A DNA stretch of 51,821 nucleotides from Beijerinckiaceae bacterium (GCA_022702015.1 JAKONI010000109.1:1-51821), one strand, 5' to 3'; positions 1 to 9,859 are shown, counted from the first letter of the stretch. The notes: generated by a model from the sequence alone, not told the origin. Program-made: numbers and translations.

Positions 1-39
1 GACGACGAGGCCGCCGAGGAAGGGACGCAGGATACGCAC
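1..39 (-). CDS. Possible 5' end of a leftward gene with a signal-peptide-like start (VRILRPFLGGLVV...), truncated by the window edge
   Basis: GTG at 39 reads a basic then hydrophobic stretch; only 13 codons are visible. Confidence 0.3.
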   Translation of the reverse strand, partial: MRILRPFLGGLVV

Positions 40-71
40 GCCGCAGGACTCGGGAACACGGGATCGGGACG

Positions 72-96
72 GCAACAGAATAGGCCCGTGGCCGTT
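72..96 (+). promoter_or_regulatory. Candidate sigma-EcfG (general stress) promoter, GCAAC-N16-CGTT
   Basis: One mismatch to the GGAAC-N16/17-CGTT consensus; 35 nt upstream of ATG 131. Confidence 0.55.
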
Positions 97-130
97 AACG
101 AAGCCCCACCCCCGACGCCCGCGAGACCCC

Positions 131-307
131 ATGTCGAACGTGCAGGCCACCGCCAGCGACAGCCCCTTCATCCAGGGCCGCAACGCCCGACTCTACGGCA
201 AGCCGAAGAGCGAGTGCCCCTATGCCGAGGGCACCGAGGACTACAAGGCCTGGATGCAGGCCTACGATGAAGCGCAGCAATCCGACCCGCCGCAAACACT
301 CCGCTAA
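131..307 (+). CDS. 58-aa ribosome modulation factor (Rmf/CrpP-fold)-like protein, absent from the ORF track
   Basis: Manual translation MSNVQATASDSPFIQGRNARLYGKPKSECPYAEGTEDYKAWMQAYDEAQQSDPPQTLR matches the G-xx-A-xxx-G-K-xxxx-CPY...W pattern of RMF; codons end mostly in G/C. Confidence 0.75.
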   Translation: MSNVQATASDSPFIQGRNARLYGKPKSECPYAEGTEDYKAWMQAYDEAQQSDPPQTLR

Positions 308-429
308 GGCAAAGTCGTCGGACATCCCGCTTTTCGGCCGATACCAAGAAAATCCGAAGATCGACCGGACGGCCCATTAAGGATCGGCTCCCCCATTATT
401 CGCCCATGAGTTGCGGTGGAGCGAGCCCG

Positions 430-669
430 ATGAGCGCGAGGCAGGGAAAGCGGGTACCCCTCGACCGCCCCGGACGGGTGGTGGCGGGCGAGGGCGCGCA
501 GCATGCCTGCATCGTGCGGGACATCTCGGCGGCGGGCGCCCGCCTGCTCCTGCCCGAGGCGGGGCATGTGCCGGAGACCTTCACGCTGTCCCTCGATCCC
601 GGCGGTGATCCCTGGACCTGCAAGGTGGTGTGGCGCAGCCTCGGCGAGATCGGCGTGCGGTTCAACTGA
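430..669 (+). CDS. Single-domain PilZ protein (c-di-GMP receptor)
   Basis: RxxxR (RQGKR) and DxSxxG (DISAAG) motifs, C-terminal VVWR...GVRF. Confidence 0.85.
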   Translation: MSARQGKRVPLDRPGRVVAGEGAQHACIVRDISAAGARLLLPEAGHVPETFTLSLDPGGDPWTCKVVWRSLGEIGVRFN

Positions 670-740
670 CCGTATGGCTTGACGGGGGAGGGCGGCCTCG
701 GCTTCGTGCCGGGAACCCTTCACCCTCACCCATGGTCCCG

Positions 741-1940
741 ATGTCCCTGACGCCGAAGCCCGATTCGAAGAAGCGGTTTGGCCCCGCCACGCGCCTCGTC
801 CATGCGGGCCGCGATCCGTCCGAGCAGCACGGCTTCGTCAACACGCCGATCTATCGCGGCTCCACGGTCCTGTTCCCGACCTACGACGACCTCCAGCATC
901 GGCGCGGGCGCTACACCTACGGCACCCACGGCACCCCGACCTCGGACGCGCTCTGCGACGCCTGGAGCGAGATCGCCGGGGCCGCCGGCACGGTCGCGAC
1001 GCCCTCGGGCCTCGCCGCCCTCTCCATGGGCCTGATGGCCGCCGTCTCGGCGGGGGACCATCTCCTCGTGACCGACTCGGCCTACCGCCCGACCCGCATC
1101 TTCTGCGACGAGGTGCTGGCCCGGTTCGGCGTCGAGACCACCTATTACGACCCGCTCGTCGGCGCCGGCATCGCCGACCTGATGCGCGAAAACACGAAGG
1201 CCGTGCTGGTCGAGGCGCCGGGCTCGCTCACCTTCGAGATGCAGGACATCCCCGCCATCGCCGAGGCGGTGCATGCGCGGGGCGCCTGCGTGATCATGGA
1301 CAACACCTGGGCGACGCCCCTCCTGTTCCCGCCGCACGAGCGCGGCGTCGACATCGCGGTGGAGGCGGGCACCAAGTATCTCAGCGGCGGCTCGGACCTG
1401 CTCCTCGGCCTCACCTCGGCCAACGCCCAGTACTGGCCGGCGCTGAACCGCACCTACCACCAGTTCTCGGTCTGCGCCGGGCCGGAGGACATGTTCCTCG
1501 CCCTGCGCGGGATGCGCACGATGGGCCTGCGCCTGCGCGAGCACGAGCGCCAAGCCCTCGACATCGCCCGCTGGCTCCAGGCCCGGCCGGAGGTGCTGCG
1601 CGTGCTCCATCCGGCCCTGCCGGAGGATCCCGGCCACGCCCTGTGGAAGCGGGACTTCTCCGGCGCGTCGGGCCTGTTCGGCGTGGTGCTGAAGCCCGTG
1701 CCGGAGGCGGCCGTGGCCGCCATGCTCGACGGGCTCGAACTCTTCGGGATGGGCTTCTCCTGGGGCGGCTTCGAGAGCCTGTGCATCCCCTTCGACTGCA
1801 CGAGCTTCCGCACCGCCACCCGCTGGGAGCCGGGCGGGCCGACGCTGCGCTTCCATATCGGCCTGGAAGACCTCGCCGACCTGAAATCGGACCTCGATGC
1901 CGGCTTCGCGCGGCTGCGGGCGACGGCCGGCGGGATTTGA
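741..1940 (+). CDS. metC: Cystathionine beta-lyase (PLP-dependent)
   Basis: VNTPIYRGST, DNTWATP, AGTKY (PLP lysine), GFSWGGFESL; start could be 732 or 741. Confidence 0.92.
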   Translation: MSLTPKPDSKKRFGPATRLVHAGRDPSEQHGFVNTPIYRGSTVLFPTYDDLQHRRGRYTYGTHGTPTSDALCDAWSEIAGAAGTVATPSGLAALSMGLMAAVSAGDHLLVTDSAYRPTRIFCDEVLARFGVETTYYDPLVGAGIADLMRENTKAVLVEAPGSLTFEMQDIPAIAEAVHARGACVIMDNTWATPLLFPPHERGVDIAVEAGTKYLSGGSDLLLGLTSANAQYWPALNRTYHQFSVCAGPEDMFLALRGMRTMGLRLREHERQALDIARWLQARPEVLRVLHPALPEDPGHALWKRDFSGASGLFGVVLKPVPEAAVAAMLDGLELFGMGFSWGGFESLCIPFDCTSFRTATRWEPGGPTLRFHIGLEDLADLKSDLDAGFARLRATAGGI

Positions 1941-1998
1941 CTTTCCCCGCCCGATCCCGATTGAGAAACCGGGACCGGAGAGCCGCGACCCGGAGCTT

Positions 1999-3768
1999 AT
2001 GACCACACGCCTCTCAGCCGGCGCGCTCCCGCGCGACGGCGACGCCCCGCCCGGTACTCTGCGCGAAGGCCGCTTCGTCCTGCTCGACCGGCTGTCCGCC
2101 AGCCATGCCCGCGCCTGCGCTGGCCTCGCCCTGCTGTGCCTGCTCCTGTTCCTGCCGGGGCAGATCTCCCTGCAGCCGATGGACCGCGACGAGCCGCGCT
2201 TCGCCCAGGCCTCCAAGCAGATGCTGGAGACCGGCGACTTCGTGGCGATCCGCTTCCAGGACGAGGCCCGCAACAAGAAGCCGGTGGGCATCTACTGGGC
2301 GCAGGCCGCCGCCGTCGCGGCCGGGGAGGCGCTCGGCGTCCCCCATGCCCGCACGCAGATCGCCCTCTACCGGATTCCCTCCCTCCTCGGGGCGCTCGGC
2401 GCGGTGCTCCTCGCCTATTGGGCGGCCCTGGCGTTCCTCGGCCGCCGGGACGCGCTGCTGGCGGCCGCCCTGTTCGGCGCCTGCCTGATGCTCAACGCCG
2501 AGGCGCATCTGGCCAAGACCGACGCGCTGCTCACCGCCTGCGCCACGGCGGGTCTGGGAGCCCTGGCACGGGTGTGGCTCGGGCGTCTCCCGCCCTCCTC
2601 CGCAGCGGAGGGTCACTCCCGAAGCGGCGAGGGAGGCCACGTTGCCTTCCTCGCCTTCTGGCTGGGGCTGGCCGTCGGCATCCTCGTGAAGGGGCCGATG
2701 GTCCCGCTGTTCGTGGCGCTGCCCGCCCTGTTCCTGTCCTGGAAGGCCCGCTCCGCCCGCTGGCTTCTGCCGCTCCGCCCCTGGTCCGGGCTCGCCCTAA
2801 CCCTGGTCCTCGTCGCCCCGTGGTTCGTGGCGATCACCCTCAAGAGCGGCGGCGCCTTCTACGCCGAGGCGGTGGGCAAGGACATGCTGGGTAAGGTCGG
2901 CGGCGCGGCCGAGCGCCATTGGGGGCCGCCCGGGGCCTACACCATCGCCTTCTTCGCCACCTTCTGGCCGGGGGCCGCCTTCGCCGCGATGGGCCTGCCC
3001 CTGGCGTGGCGGGAGCGGCGCACCGAGGCGACCGCCTTCCTGATCGCCGCTGTGCTGCCGGCTTGGCTGATCTTCGAGGCGGTGCCGACGAAGCTTCCGC
3101 ACTACGTCCTGCCGCTGATGCCCTGGCTCGCGATCCTGACGATCCTCGCCCTACGCCGGGGGGAACTCGATCCCGGCCGCCGGGGGGCGCGGGCGGTGGC
3201 GCTGCTGGTGCCGGCGATTCCCCTAGCCCTCACCCTGGGCCTGTGCGTCGCGGGCTGGCGGCTCGACGATCATACGATTCCCTGGATCGCCCTGCCCGTG
3301 CTGGCCGCCGCCTGCCTCGCCGCCGGGGCGAGCTGGCTCGCCTTCGCGCGGGGCCTGCCTGAGCGGGCACTGGGCCTCGCGGTGCTGGCCTCCTGCCTCC
3401 TCGGGCCGGGGGTGCTCGGGCTGGCGCAACGGCAATTGCCGGCCCTCAAGGTCTCCCCCCGGCTGGCGGCCTTCCGTGACCGGCTACCCTGCGCCGATCC
3501 CGTGGTGGCGAGCCTCGGCTACCGTGAGCCGAGCCTCGTCTTCCTCACCGGCACGGGGCTCGACCTCCTGCCCGACGCCGCCGCCGCCAAGTCCTTCCTG
3601 GAGGGCGGCGGCTGTCGGCTCCTCTACGTCGAGGGCCGGGAACGCGAGGCGTTCAACACCGCCTGGCCCGTCAGCCGCCCCGCCCCGACCCCGCTCGGCG
3701 AGGTGGAGGGCTTCAACCTCAACACCGGACGGCGCGTCTTCGTGACCGCCTACGCGGCAGCGCCATGA
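1999..3768 (+). CDS. ArnT/PMT-like polyprenyl-phosphate-sugar glycosyltransferase (lipid A modifying)
   Basis: DRDEPRFAQAS, KKPVGIYW, KGP and TKLPHYVLP motifs, many TM helices, GGAG RBS. Confidence 0.88.
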   Translation: MTTRLSAGALPRDGDAPPGTLREGRFVLLDRLSASHARACAGLALLCLLLFLPGQISLQPMDRDEPRFAQASKQMLETGDFVAIRFQDEARNKKPVGIYWAQAAAVAAGEALGVPHARTQIALYRIPSLLGALGAVLLAYWAALAFLGRRDALLAAALFGACLMLNAEAHLAKTDALLTACATAGLGALARVWLGRLPPSSAAEGHSRSGEGGHVAFLAFWLGLAVGILVKGPMVPLFVALPALFLSWKARSARWLLPLRPWSGLALTLVLVAPWFVAITLKSGGAFYAEAVGKDMLGKVGGAAERHWGPPGAYTIAFFATFWPGAAFAAMGLPLAWRERRTEATAFLIAAVLPAWLIFEAVPTKLPHYVLPLMPWLAILTILALRRGELDPGRRGARAVALLVPAIPLALTLGLCVAGWRLDDHTIPWIALPVLAAACLAAGASWLAFARGLPERALGLAVLASCLLGPGVLGLAQRQLPALKVSPRLAAFRDRLPCADPVVASLGYREPSLVFLTGTGLDLLPDAAAAKSFLEGGGCRLLYVEGREREAFNTAWPVSRPAPTPLGEVEGFNLNTGRRVFVTAYAAAP

Positions 3769-4577
3769 TATCCCCGGCCATGACCCCTTCCGACGCCCCC
3801 CGCCTCAGCATCGTCGTCCCCGTGAAGAACGAGGCCGGCAACATCGCGCCCCTCGTGGCGGAGATCGAGCGCGCCTGCGCCGGCCTGCCCTTCGAGTTGC
3901 TCTACGTCGATGACGGCTCCACCGACGCCACCCCCGCCGCCCTGGAGGCGGCCCGGTCCGGCCGACCCTGGCTGCGGGTGCTCCGGCACGGGGCGAGCGC
4001 CGGGCAGTCCGCGGCGGTGAGGAGCGGGGTGCACGCGGCCCGGGGCGCCCTCGTCGCCACCCTCGACGGCGACGGGCAGAACGATCCCGCCTTCATTCCG
4101 GCCCTGGTGGCGGCGCTGGAGGAGGCGGGGGAGGGCGCGGGCCTCGCGCAGGGCCAGCGGCGCGGGCGCAAGGACGGGTCCTTCAAGATGCTCCAGTCCC
4201 GTATCGCCAACGGGGTGCGCGGGCGGATCCTGAACGATTCCACCCGCGACACCGGCTGCGGCCTCAAGGTCTTCCGCCGGAGCGTGTACCTGCGACTGCC
4301 CTACTTCGATGCCCTGCACCGCTTCATGCCGGCCCTCGTCGCCCGCGAGGGCTTCGCGGTGGTCCACCGGGACGTGATCGACCGGCCCCGGATGACCGGC
4401 ACCTCGAATTATGGCTTGTTCGACCGCCTCTGGGTCGGGCTCCTCGACCTCGCCGGGGTCTGGTGGCTGATCCGGCGCAAGCGCGCCACGCCCCGCGTCG
4501 CCGAGATCGGGGAGGGCGGCCGGGACGGGCTTCCCCCCGTGCCGCTCACGGCCAAGGACCAGGATGTCGGATGCTGA
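3765..4577 (+). CDS. GT2 polyprenyl-phosphate glycosyltransferase (ArnC/RgtE/DPM1-like)
   Basis: VVPVKNE, VDDGSTD, LDGDGQNDP, DTGCGLK, HRFMPAL; ATGA overlap with the upstream gene. Confidence 0.9.
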   Translation: MISPAMTPSDAPRLSIVVPVKNEAGNIAPLVAEIERACAGLPFELLYVDDGSTDATPAALEAARSGRPWLRVLRHGASAGQSAAVRSGVHAARGALVATLDGDGQNDPAFIPALVAALEEAGEGAGLAQGQRRGRKDGSFKMLQSRIANGVRGRILNDSTRDTGCGLKVFRRSVYLRLPYFDALHRFMPALVAREGFAVVHRDVIDRPRMTGTSNYGLFDRLWVGLLDLAGVWWLIRRKRATPRVAEIGEGGRDGLPPVPLTAKDQDVGC

Positions 4578-4900
4578 TCCAGCTCGCCCATGACCTGCCG
4601 GACTACTTCTACGACGTGTTCGTCACGCGGTTCGATTTCTGGCTGGTGTTCGGCATCCTGGCGCAACTGATCTTCGGCTCGCGCTTCATCATCCAGTGGA
4701 TCGCCAGCGAACGCGCCGGGAAGAGCGTGATGCCCCTGTCGTTCTGGTTCCTCTCCATCGCCGGGGGGCTGATGACGCTGGTGTACGGCTTCGTGCGCCG
4801 GGAGCCGGTGATCATCATCGGCCAGGGGCTCTCCACCGGCATCTACGTGCGCAACCTCGCCCTGATCGCCCGGGAGCGGGCCCGGCGGGGCGCCGCGTGA
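4571..4900 (+). CDS. Lipid A biosynthesis N-terminal (LAB_N) domain small membrane protein
   Basis: AQLIFGSRFIIQWIASERAGKSVMPLSFWFLS...EPVIIIGQ...IYVRNL pattern. Confidence 0.88.
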   Translation: MLIQLAHDLPDYFYDVFVTRFDFWLVFGILAQLIFGSRFIIQWIASERAGKSVMPLSFWFLSIAGGLMTLVYGFVRREPVIIIGQGLSTGIYVRNLALIARERARRGAA

Positions 4901-5490
4901 GCCCGCTCCCGGACTTCTACGACGACCTCGATGCGAGCTTCCGGGAGGCGTGGCGGCTCCTGGCGGACGGCGTGGAGCACGGGCGCAGCGGCTTCCACCT
5001 CGTGACCCTGGCGTCCGTGGCCCAGGGGGCGCCCCGCCTGCGCACCGTGGTGCTGCGGGCCGCCGAGGGTGGGCCGGGGATCCTGCGTTTCCACTGCGAC
5101 CGCCGATCCGACAAGGCGCGGGAGCTCGCCGCGCACCCGGCCTGCGCGCTGGCCGCCTATGACGGGCCGACGAAGATCCAGATCCGCATCGAGGGTCGGG
5201 CGAGCCTGCACACCGACGACGCCGTGGCGGATGCGGCCTGGGCGGCCTCCCGCCCGATGAGCCGGGTCTGCTACGCCGCCGAGCCGGCCCCCGGGACGGT
5301 GCTTCCGGCCGGCGACGCCTACACCCTGCCGGACGAGGAGACCGCCGCCCTCGGCGGACGCCCGTCCTTCTGCGTGGTGCGGGTGGAGGCGCGGCGGCTG
5401 GACTTCCTCTACCTCGACCGGCGCGGACACCGACGGGCCGCCTGGGAGCGGGACGGGTCCGGCTGGACCGGGGCGTGGCTCGCCCCTTGA
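4897..5490 (+). CDS. Pyridoxamine 5'-phosphate oxidase-like FMN-binding split-barrel protein
   Basis: PRLRTVVLR, FHCDRRSDK, QIRIEG, LDFLYL...HRR; GTGA overlap with the upstream gene. Confidence 0.8.
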   Translation: MSPLPDFYDDLDASFREAWRLLADGVEHGRSGFHLVTLASVAQGAPRLRTVVLRAAEGGPGILRFHCDRRSDKARELAAHPACALAAYDGPTKIQIRIEGRASLHTDDAVADAAWAASRPMSRVCYAAEPAPGTVLPAGDAYTLPDEETAALGGRPSFCVVRVEARRLDFLYLDRRGHRRAAWERDGSGWTGAWLAP

Positions 5491-5525
5491 TCCACGGCCG
5501 CCGGTCCCCCGACTGACCGGCGTTA

Positions 5526-5547
5526 CCCCGCCCCGGCTGGGGCGGGG
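5526..5547. terminator. GC hairpin between convergent genes
   Basis: ccccgcccc-ggct-ggggcgggg. Confidence 0.45.
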
Positions 5548-5555
5548 CGAAGGGT

Positions 5556-7274
5556 TCAGGCGGCGACCTGATCGAGGAACCGGCCGATCTCGCTTTCGAG
5601 ATCGGAGGCGACGGCATCCACCGTGCCGGCCGCGCCGGTGACGGTCTCCGCGAGCCGGGCGGAGCGCTGGGCCGCGCCGGAGACCACCCCCATGCCCCTG
5701 GCGATCGCCTCGCTCGCCCCCGCCGTCTCCGCGACGTTGCGGGAAATCTCGGCGGTGGCGTCGCCCTGGGCCATCACGGCGCTGGCGATGCCGGCGGTGG
5801 TCTGCTGGACCGCGCGCATCTGGCCACCCATCCGGCCGATCGCCGCGACGGTGGTGCCGGTGGCGGCCTGCACCGCGCCGATCTGGTCGGCGATCTCCTC
5901 GGTGGCGCGGGCGGTCTGGGCGGCGAGTTGCTTCACCTCCGCCGCCACCACCGAGAAGCCCCGTCCCGACTCGCCCGCCCGGGCTGCCTCGATGGTGGCG
6001 TTCAGGGCGAGCAGGTTCGTCTGTTCCGCGATGGTGCGGATGAGGCCGACCACGTCGCCGATCCGTGCCGCCGCCTCCGCAAGACCGCCGATCTGCGTCT
6101 CCATCGCCACCGATTCCCCGGCGGCGGCGGCTACCAGATCCTCGGCCTGCCCGAGCTGGCCGCCGATCTCGGCGATGGAGGCGGTGAGCTCCTCCGCCGC
6201 GCTCGCCACCGTCTGCACGCTCGTGGAGGTCTCGTGGGTGGCCCGCGCCGTCTCACCGACGGCGGCCTCGGCCTCGCCGGCCCGGACGCGCATCTCCTCG
6301 GCGCGCTCGCGCATTTCGCCGGTGCTGGCGGTCAACTCGCCCTTCAGGGCATCGACCCGGCCCCGGAACGCGGCGATCGCCCGATCCAGGGCCGCCCGGC
6401 GCCGGGCGGCCTCGGCGGCGTCGGTGCTTTGGAGACCCTCGAGCTCCCGCGCCCGGCGCACCGCCTCGCGCAGGGTGTCGAGGGAGCGGGCCACGGCGCC
6501 GATCTCGTCGCCCCGGCGGGTGTCGCCCACCGGGCTGTCGAGGTCGCCGGCGGCCAGCGCCTCGATCCGGCTCGACATCGCCGCGAAGGGGCGGAACAGC
6601 CGGGCGGCGGCCAAGCCCACAAGGAGGCAGGCGATCACCGCGATGGCCAGGGCGGCGAGGCTCAACTGATTCATGATCTCCGCATGGGCATCGAAGTACA
6701 TCTCGATCGGCAGGCCGGCGAAGAGCAGGCCGTTGATCTTGCCGGCGGCGTCGAAGACCGGCTGGTAGACCGTGTAGAAGCGCCGCCCGAACAGGACGGT
6801 GGAGCCTTCATAGGTCCGGCCCGCGCGGATCACGGCCTGGGCCGGGCTGTCGGCGGCGAGCGCCGTCCCCACGGCACGGCTGCCGTCCTCCTTGCGGACG
6901 GTGGTCTGGCGGCGGACGAAGCTGTCCTTGGCCGGATCGTAGGCGAAGACCGTGGCCACGCCGCCTGTATAGGCGACGGCGTCGTCCACCACCGAAGCGT
7001 CGTCGAAGCCGGCGAGATCCGGCGCGGTCACACGGGAGATGCGCGTCCCGTCGAGCTCCGCCCGGGCCCCTGGAAGGCGACTGCCGAGTACCAGCGCCAG
7101 GGTCCTGAGGTTGCGCTCGCCGTTGAGGCGCTGGCGCTCCTCCATCTGCGCCCAGGTCTGCCGCGAGGCCGTGATCCAGATCGCCCCCGTGGTCAGCGTC
7201 ACGGCAACCATCGCCAGGAGGATGACTTTTACCGACAGCGACAGGGCGCGAGGTTGCAAGCGTGCGGATGACAT
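5556..7274 (-). CDS. Methyl-accepting chemotaxis protein (periplasmic Cache-type sensor, HAMP, signalling domain)
   Basis: Two TM segments, DGSRAVGT Cache motif, [40 protein letters not shown] hairpin tip. Confidence 0.95.
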   Translation of the reverse strand: MSSARLQPRALSLSVKVILLAMVAVTLTTGAIWITASRQTWAQMEERQRLNGERNLRTLALVLGSRLPGARAELDGTRISRVTAPDLAGFDDASVVDDAVAYTGGVATVFAYDPAKDSFVRRQTTVRKEDGSRAVGTALAADSPAQAVIRAGRTYEGSTVLFGRRFYTVYQPVFDAAGKINGLLFAGLPIEMYFDAHAEIMNQLSLAALAIAVIACLLVGLAAARLFRPFAAMSSRIEALAAGDLDSPVGDTRRGDEIGAVARSLDTLREAVRRARELEGLQSTDAAEAARRRAALDRAIAAFRGRVDALKGELTASTGEMRERAEEMRVRAGEAEAAVGETARATHETSTSVQTVASAAEELTASIAEIGGQLGQAEDLVAAAAGESVAMETQIGGLAEAAARIGDVVGLIRTIAEQTNLLALNATIEAARAGESGRGFSVVAAEVKQLAAQTARATEEIADQIGAVQAATGTTVAAIGRMGGQMRAVQQTTAGIASAVMAQGDATAEISRNVAETAGASEAIARGMGVVSGAAQRSARLAETVTGAAGTVDAVASDLESEIGRFLDQVAA

Positions 7275-7321
7275 GAGGGCGAGCTTTCGGGCCAGAAACG
7301 ACCCGAAACTCGCCGATGATC

Positions 7322-7337
7322 GTCAACTTCTCCTTAA
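7322..7337 (-). promoter_or_regulatory. Candidate CtrA box TTAA-N7-TTGAC upstream of the MCP gene
   Basis: One mismatch to TTAA-N7-TTAAC; AT-rich island about 50 nt upstream of the start. Confidence 0.5.
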
Positions 7338-7398
7338 AGTTGCATAGCTGCGGCTCACGGGAACGTGATCCTCCCGTGGGCCGGTCCGACCGTCGCGG

Positions 7399-8268
7399 CT
7401 AGGTCCGGCCACGCCGCCGATCGGCGACGAGGGCCAGGGCGGCGAGGTCTTTGCCGCCGTCGCCGTGGCTGATCGCATCGATGAGGTTGTCCCGCACGAC
7501 GCTGGCGAAGGGCATCGGCACCCCCGCATGCTCCGCTGCCTGGAGGGCCAGGCGGATATCCTTGGCGCCGAGCGTCAGACCGAAGCCGGGCGGTTCGTAG
7601 CGCCCCGCCGCGATGGCGCCGCCGTAGTTCTTGTAGACCGGGGCGGCGAAGATGGTGTTCGTCATCAGGTCGAGGAAGTCCGCCCCGGACACCCCGTGGG
7701 CCTCCGAGAGCGCGCTCGCCTCGCTCATCGCCTCGATCGCCGCGACGATCATGAAGTTGCCCGCGAGTTTCACGGCGTTCGCCCGCTGGGCCTCCTCGCC
7801 GAAGCGCCATGTCTTGGCGCCCATCGCCTGGAGCAGGGGGGCGGCGGCCTCGATCGCCGGGGCGGGGCCGGCGGCGACGATGTTGAGGTTGCCCGCCTCC
7901 GCCACGTCCGGCCGGCCGAAGACCGGGGCCGAGACGTAGGGCACACCGGCCCGGCCGTGGATCGCCGCGAGCCGCCCGGCCAGGGCCACGGAGATCGTGC
8001 TCATGCCGAGATGCACCTTCGGTCGTCCGGCCCCGTCGAGCAGGCCGCCTTCGACGACCACCGCCTCCAGGGCAGCGTCGTCGGCGAGCATGGTGATGGC
8101 GGCGTCCCCCGCGAAGGCCTCCGCCGCGCTCGCCACCGGCGTCACCCCCTCGATACCCCGCGACCCCTCCGGCGAGCGGTTCCAGGCCCGGACCCGGTGG
8201 CCCGCCCGCGCGAGGCTGGCGGCCATGCCCCGGCCCATCCGCCCCATTCCGATGATTCCGACATCCAT
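7399..8268 (-). CDS. NAD(P)-dependent beta-hydroxyacid dehydrogenase family oxidoreductase
   Basis: GIIGMGRMG, WNRS, MSTIS, SAPVFG, VKLAGN. Confidence 0.9.
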   Translation of the reverse strand: MDVGIIGMGRMGRGMAASLARAGHRVRAWNRSPEGSRGIEGVTPVASAAEAFAGDAAITMLADDAALEAVVVEGGLLDGAGRPKVHLGMSTISVALAGRLAAIHGRAGVPYVSAPVFGRPDVAEAGNLNIVAAGPAPAIEAAAPLLQAMGAKTWRFGEEAQRANAVKLAGNFMIVAAIEAMSEASALSEAHGVSGADFLDLMTNTIFAAPVYKNYGGAIAAGRYEPPGFGLTLGAKDIRLALQAAEHAGVPMPFASVVRDNLIDAISHGDGGKDLAALALVADRRRGRT

Positions 8269-8407
8269 CCGCGTCGATCCTTTCCCGATGACCGTCCCGT
8301 CCGGTACCATGAGGACCGGCGAGCCCCTCGGAAATGGTCCCGCCCGGGCGACGGTCCAGCGCCGTCCCCCATTCCGGCGCGGCCCGGTCCGTGGCAGGCT
8401 CGGCGCC

Positions 8408-9445
8408 ATGAGCGACTCATGCGGGCGCGGCCTCCTCACGGACATCCCCGGCATCCGGGTCGGGCACGCCACGGACTTGGCGGTGCGCAGTGGCGTGACC
8501 GCCATCCTGTTCGACCGGCCGACAATCGCCTCCGTCGATGTGCGCGGCGGCGGGCCAGGGACGCGGGAGACCGACCTCCTCGATCCCGAGCGCACCGTCG
8601 CGGCGATCGACGCCCTCGTCCTCTCCGGGGGATCGGCCTTCGGCCTCGATGCCGCCGCCGGGGTGACGGGCTGGCTCGCGGAGCGGGGCAGGGGCTTTCC
8701 GGTGGGCGGGATGCGGGTGCCCATCGTGCCGGCGGCGATCCTGTTCGATCTGCTGAACGGCGGCGACAAGGGCTGGGGCGCCGACCCGCCCTATCGCGAC
8801 CTCGGCCGCCGGGCCGCCGGGGCGGCGGGGGACACCTTCGCCCTCGGCTCCGTCGGGGCCGGGACGGGGGCGCGTACCGGCAACCTCAAGGGCGGGATCG
8901 GATCGGCCTCGGCCCTCGTCGAGGGTACGCCGTTCCGCGTGGGAGCGCTCGCGGCGGTGAACGCCTTCGGGCGGGCGGTGATCGGCGACGGCCCACATTT
9001 CTGGGCCGCCCCCTTCGAGGTGGGCGACGAGTTCGGCGGCCTGGGGCTGCCGGCCCGCGTGCCTCAGGCGGCGCACGCCTTCCCCGCTCGGACGCTCGCG
9101 GGGGGCGCGACGACGTTGGCCGTGGTGGCCACGGACGCGGCTCTCACCAAGGCACAGTGCCGCCGCCTCGCGGTGGCGGCGCAGGACGGCCTCGCCCGCG
9201 CCCTCGTCCCGGCCCACACGCCCCTCGACGGCGACCTCGTCTTCGCCGCCGCCACCGGCGCCGCGCCGCTCACCGACCCGGTGACAGATGTTGCCCGCCT
9301 CGGCCACGCGGCGGCACGGGTGCTCGCCCGGGCGATCGCGATCGGGGTCCATGCCGCCCGGAGCCTGCCGGGCGTCACGCCCGCCCCGCCGGGGGCGATG
9401 GAGGGCCTGCCGCCGGCCTGGGCGGAGGTGTTCGGGGGACGGTGA
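8408..9445 (+). CDS. P1/DmpA (S58) family self-processing peptidase
   Basis: LTDIPGIRVGH, GGGPGTRETDLL, SGGSAFGL, TTLAVVATD, HTPLDGD. Confidence 0.88.
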   Translation: MSDSCGRGLLTDIPGIRVGHATDLAVRSGVTAILFDRPTIASVDVRGGGPGTRETDLLDPERTVAAIDALVLSGGSAFGLDAAAGVTGWLAERGRGFPVGGMRVPIVPAAILFDLLNGGDKGWGADPPYRDLGRRAAGAAGDTFALGSVGAGTGARTGNLKGGIGSASALVEGTPFRVGALAAVNAFGRAVIGDGPHFWAAPFEVGDEFGGLGLPARVPQAAHAFPARTLAGGATTLAVVATDAALTKAQCRRLAVAAQDGLARALVPAHTPLDGDLVFAAATGAAPLTDPVTDVARLGHAAARVLARAIAIGVHAARSLPGVTPAPPGAMEGLPPAWAEVFGGR

Positions 9446-9460
9446 GACCCGGGCGGCGGA

Positions 9461-9859
9461 TCAGACCCAGTTCTCGGTTCGGACACCCGGCATCCGTGCG
9501 AACTCCCGGATGTTGTTCGTGACGACGATCAGGCCCTCGCTGCGGGCATGTCCGCCGATCTGCATGTCATGGGGCCCGCACGGCGTTCCGGCCCGGGCGA
9601 GTTCGGCCCGGACCTGTCCATAGTGGGCAGCGGCCTTCTCGCCGAATGGCAGGACATCAAGACGGGCCACGAACTGTCCGATGGCGGTGAGGTTATCGGC
9701 ACGGCGGGCAGATTTCTCCGCGCCGTAATGAAGTTCTCCGAGGGTAATGCTTGAAATACAGAGCTGCTCCGCGGAGAGATTGAACCTATCAAGGATTTCC
9801 AGTGGGTATGATTTCATTACATAAATGCAGATATTCGTATCAAGCATATAGGCCAGCAT
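9461..9859 (-). CDS. vapC: VapC PIN-domain toxin
   Basis: YMLDTNICIY, ELHYG, DMQIGGHA, VTNNIREF. Confidence 0.95.
   Translation of the reverse strand: MLAYMLDTNICIYVMKSYPLEILDRFNLSAEQLCISSITLGELHYGAEKSARRADNLTAIGQFVARLDVLPFGEKAAAHYGQVRAELARAGTPCGPHDMQIGGHARSEGLIVVTNNIREFARMPGVRTENWV

Noticed and set aside
370-395. TTAA upstream of the PilZ gene as a CtrA site
   Set aside because: Only a half-site; the second half does not match
9100-9140. Ala rather than Asn before the nucleophilic Thr in the P1 peptidase (GATTLAVV)
   Set aside because: I cannot show this is unusual without an alignment; the other motifs are intact
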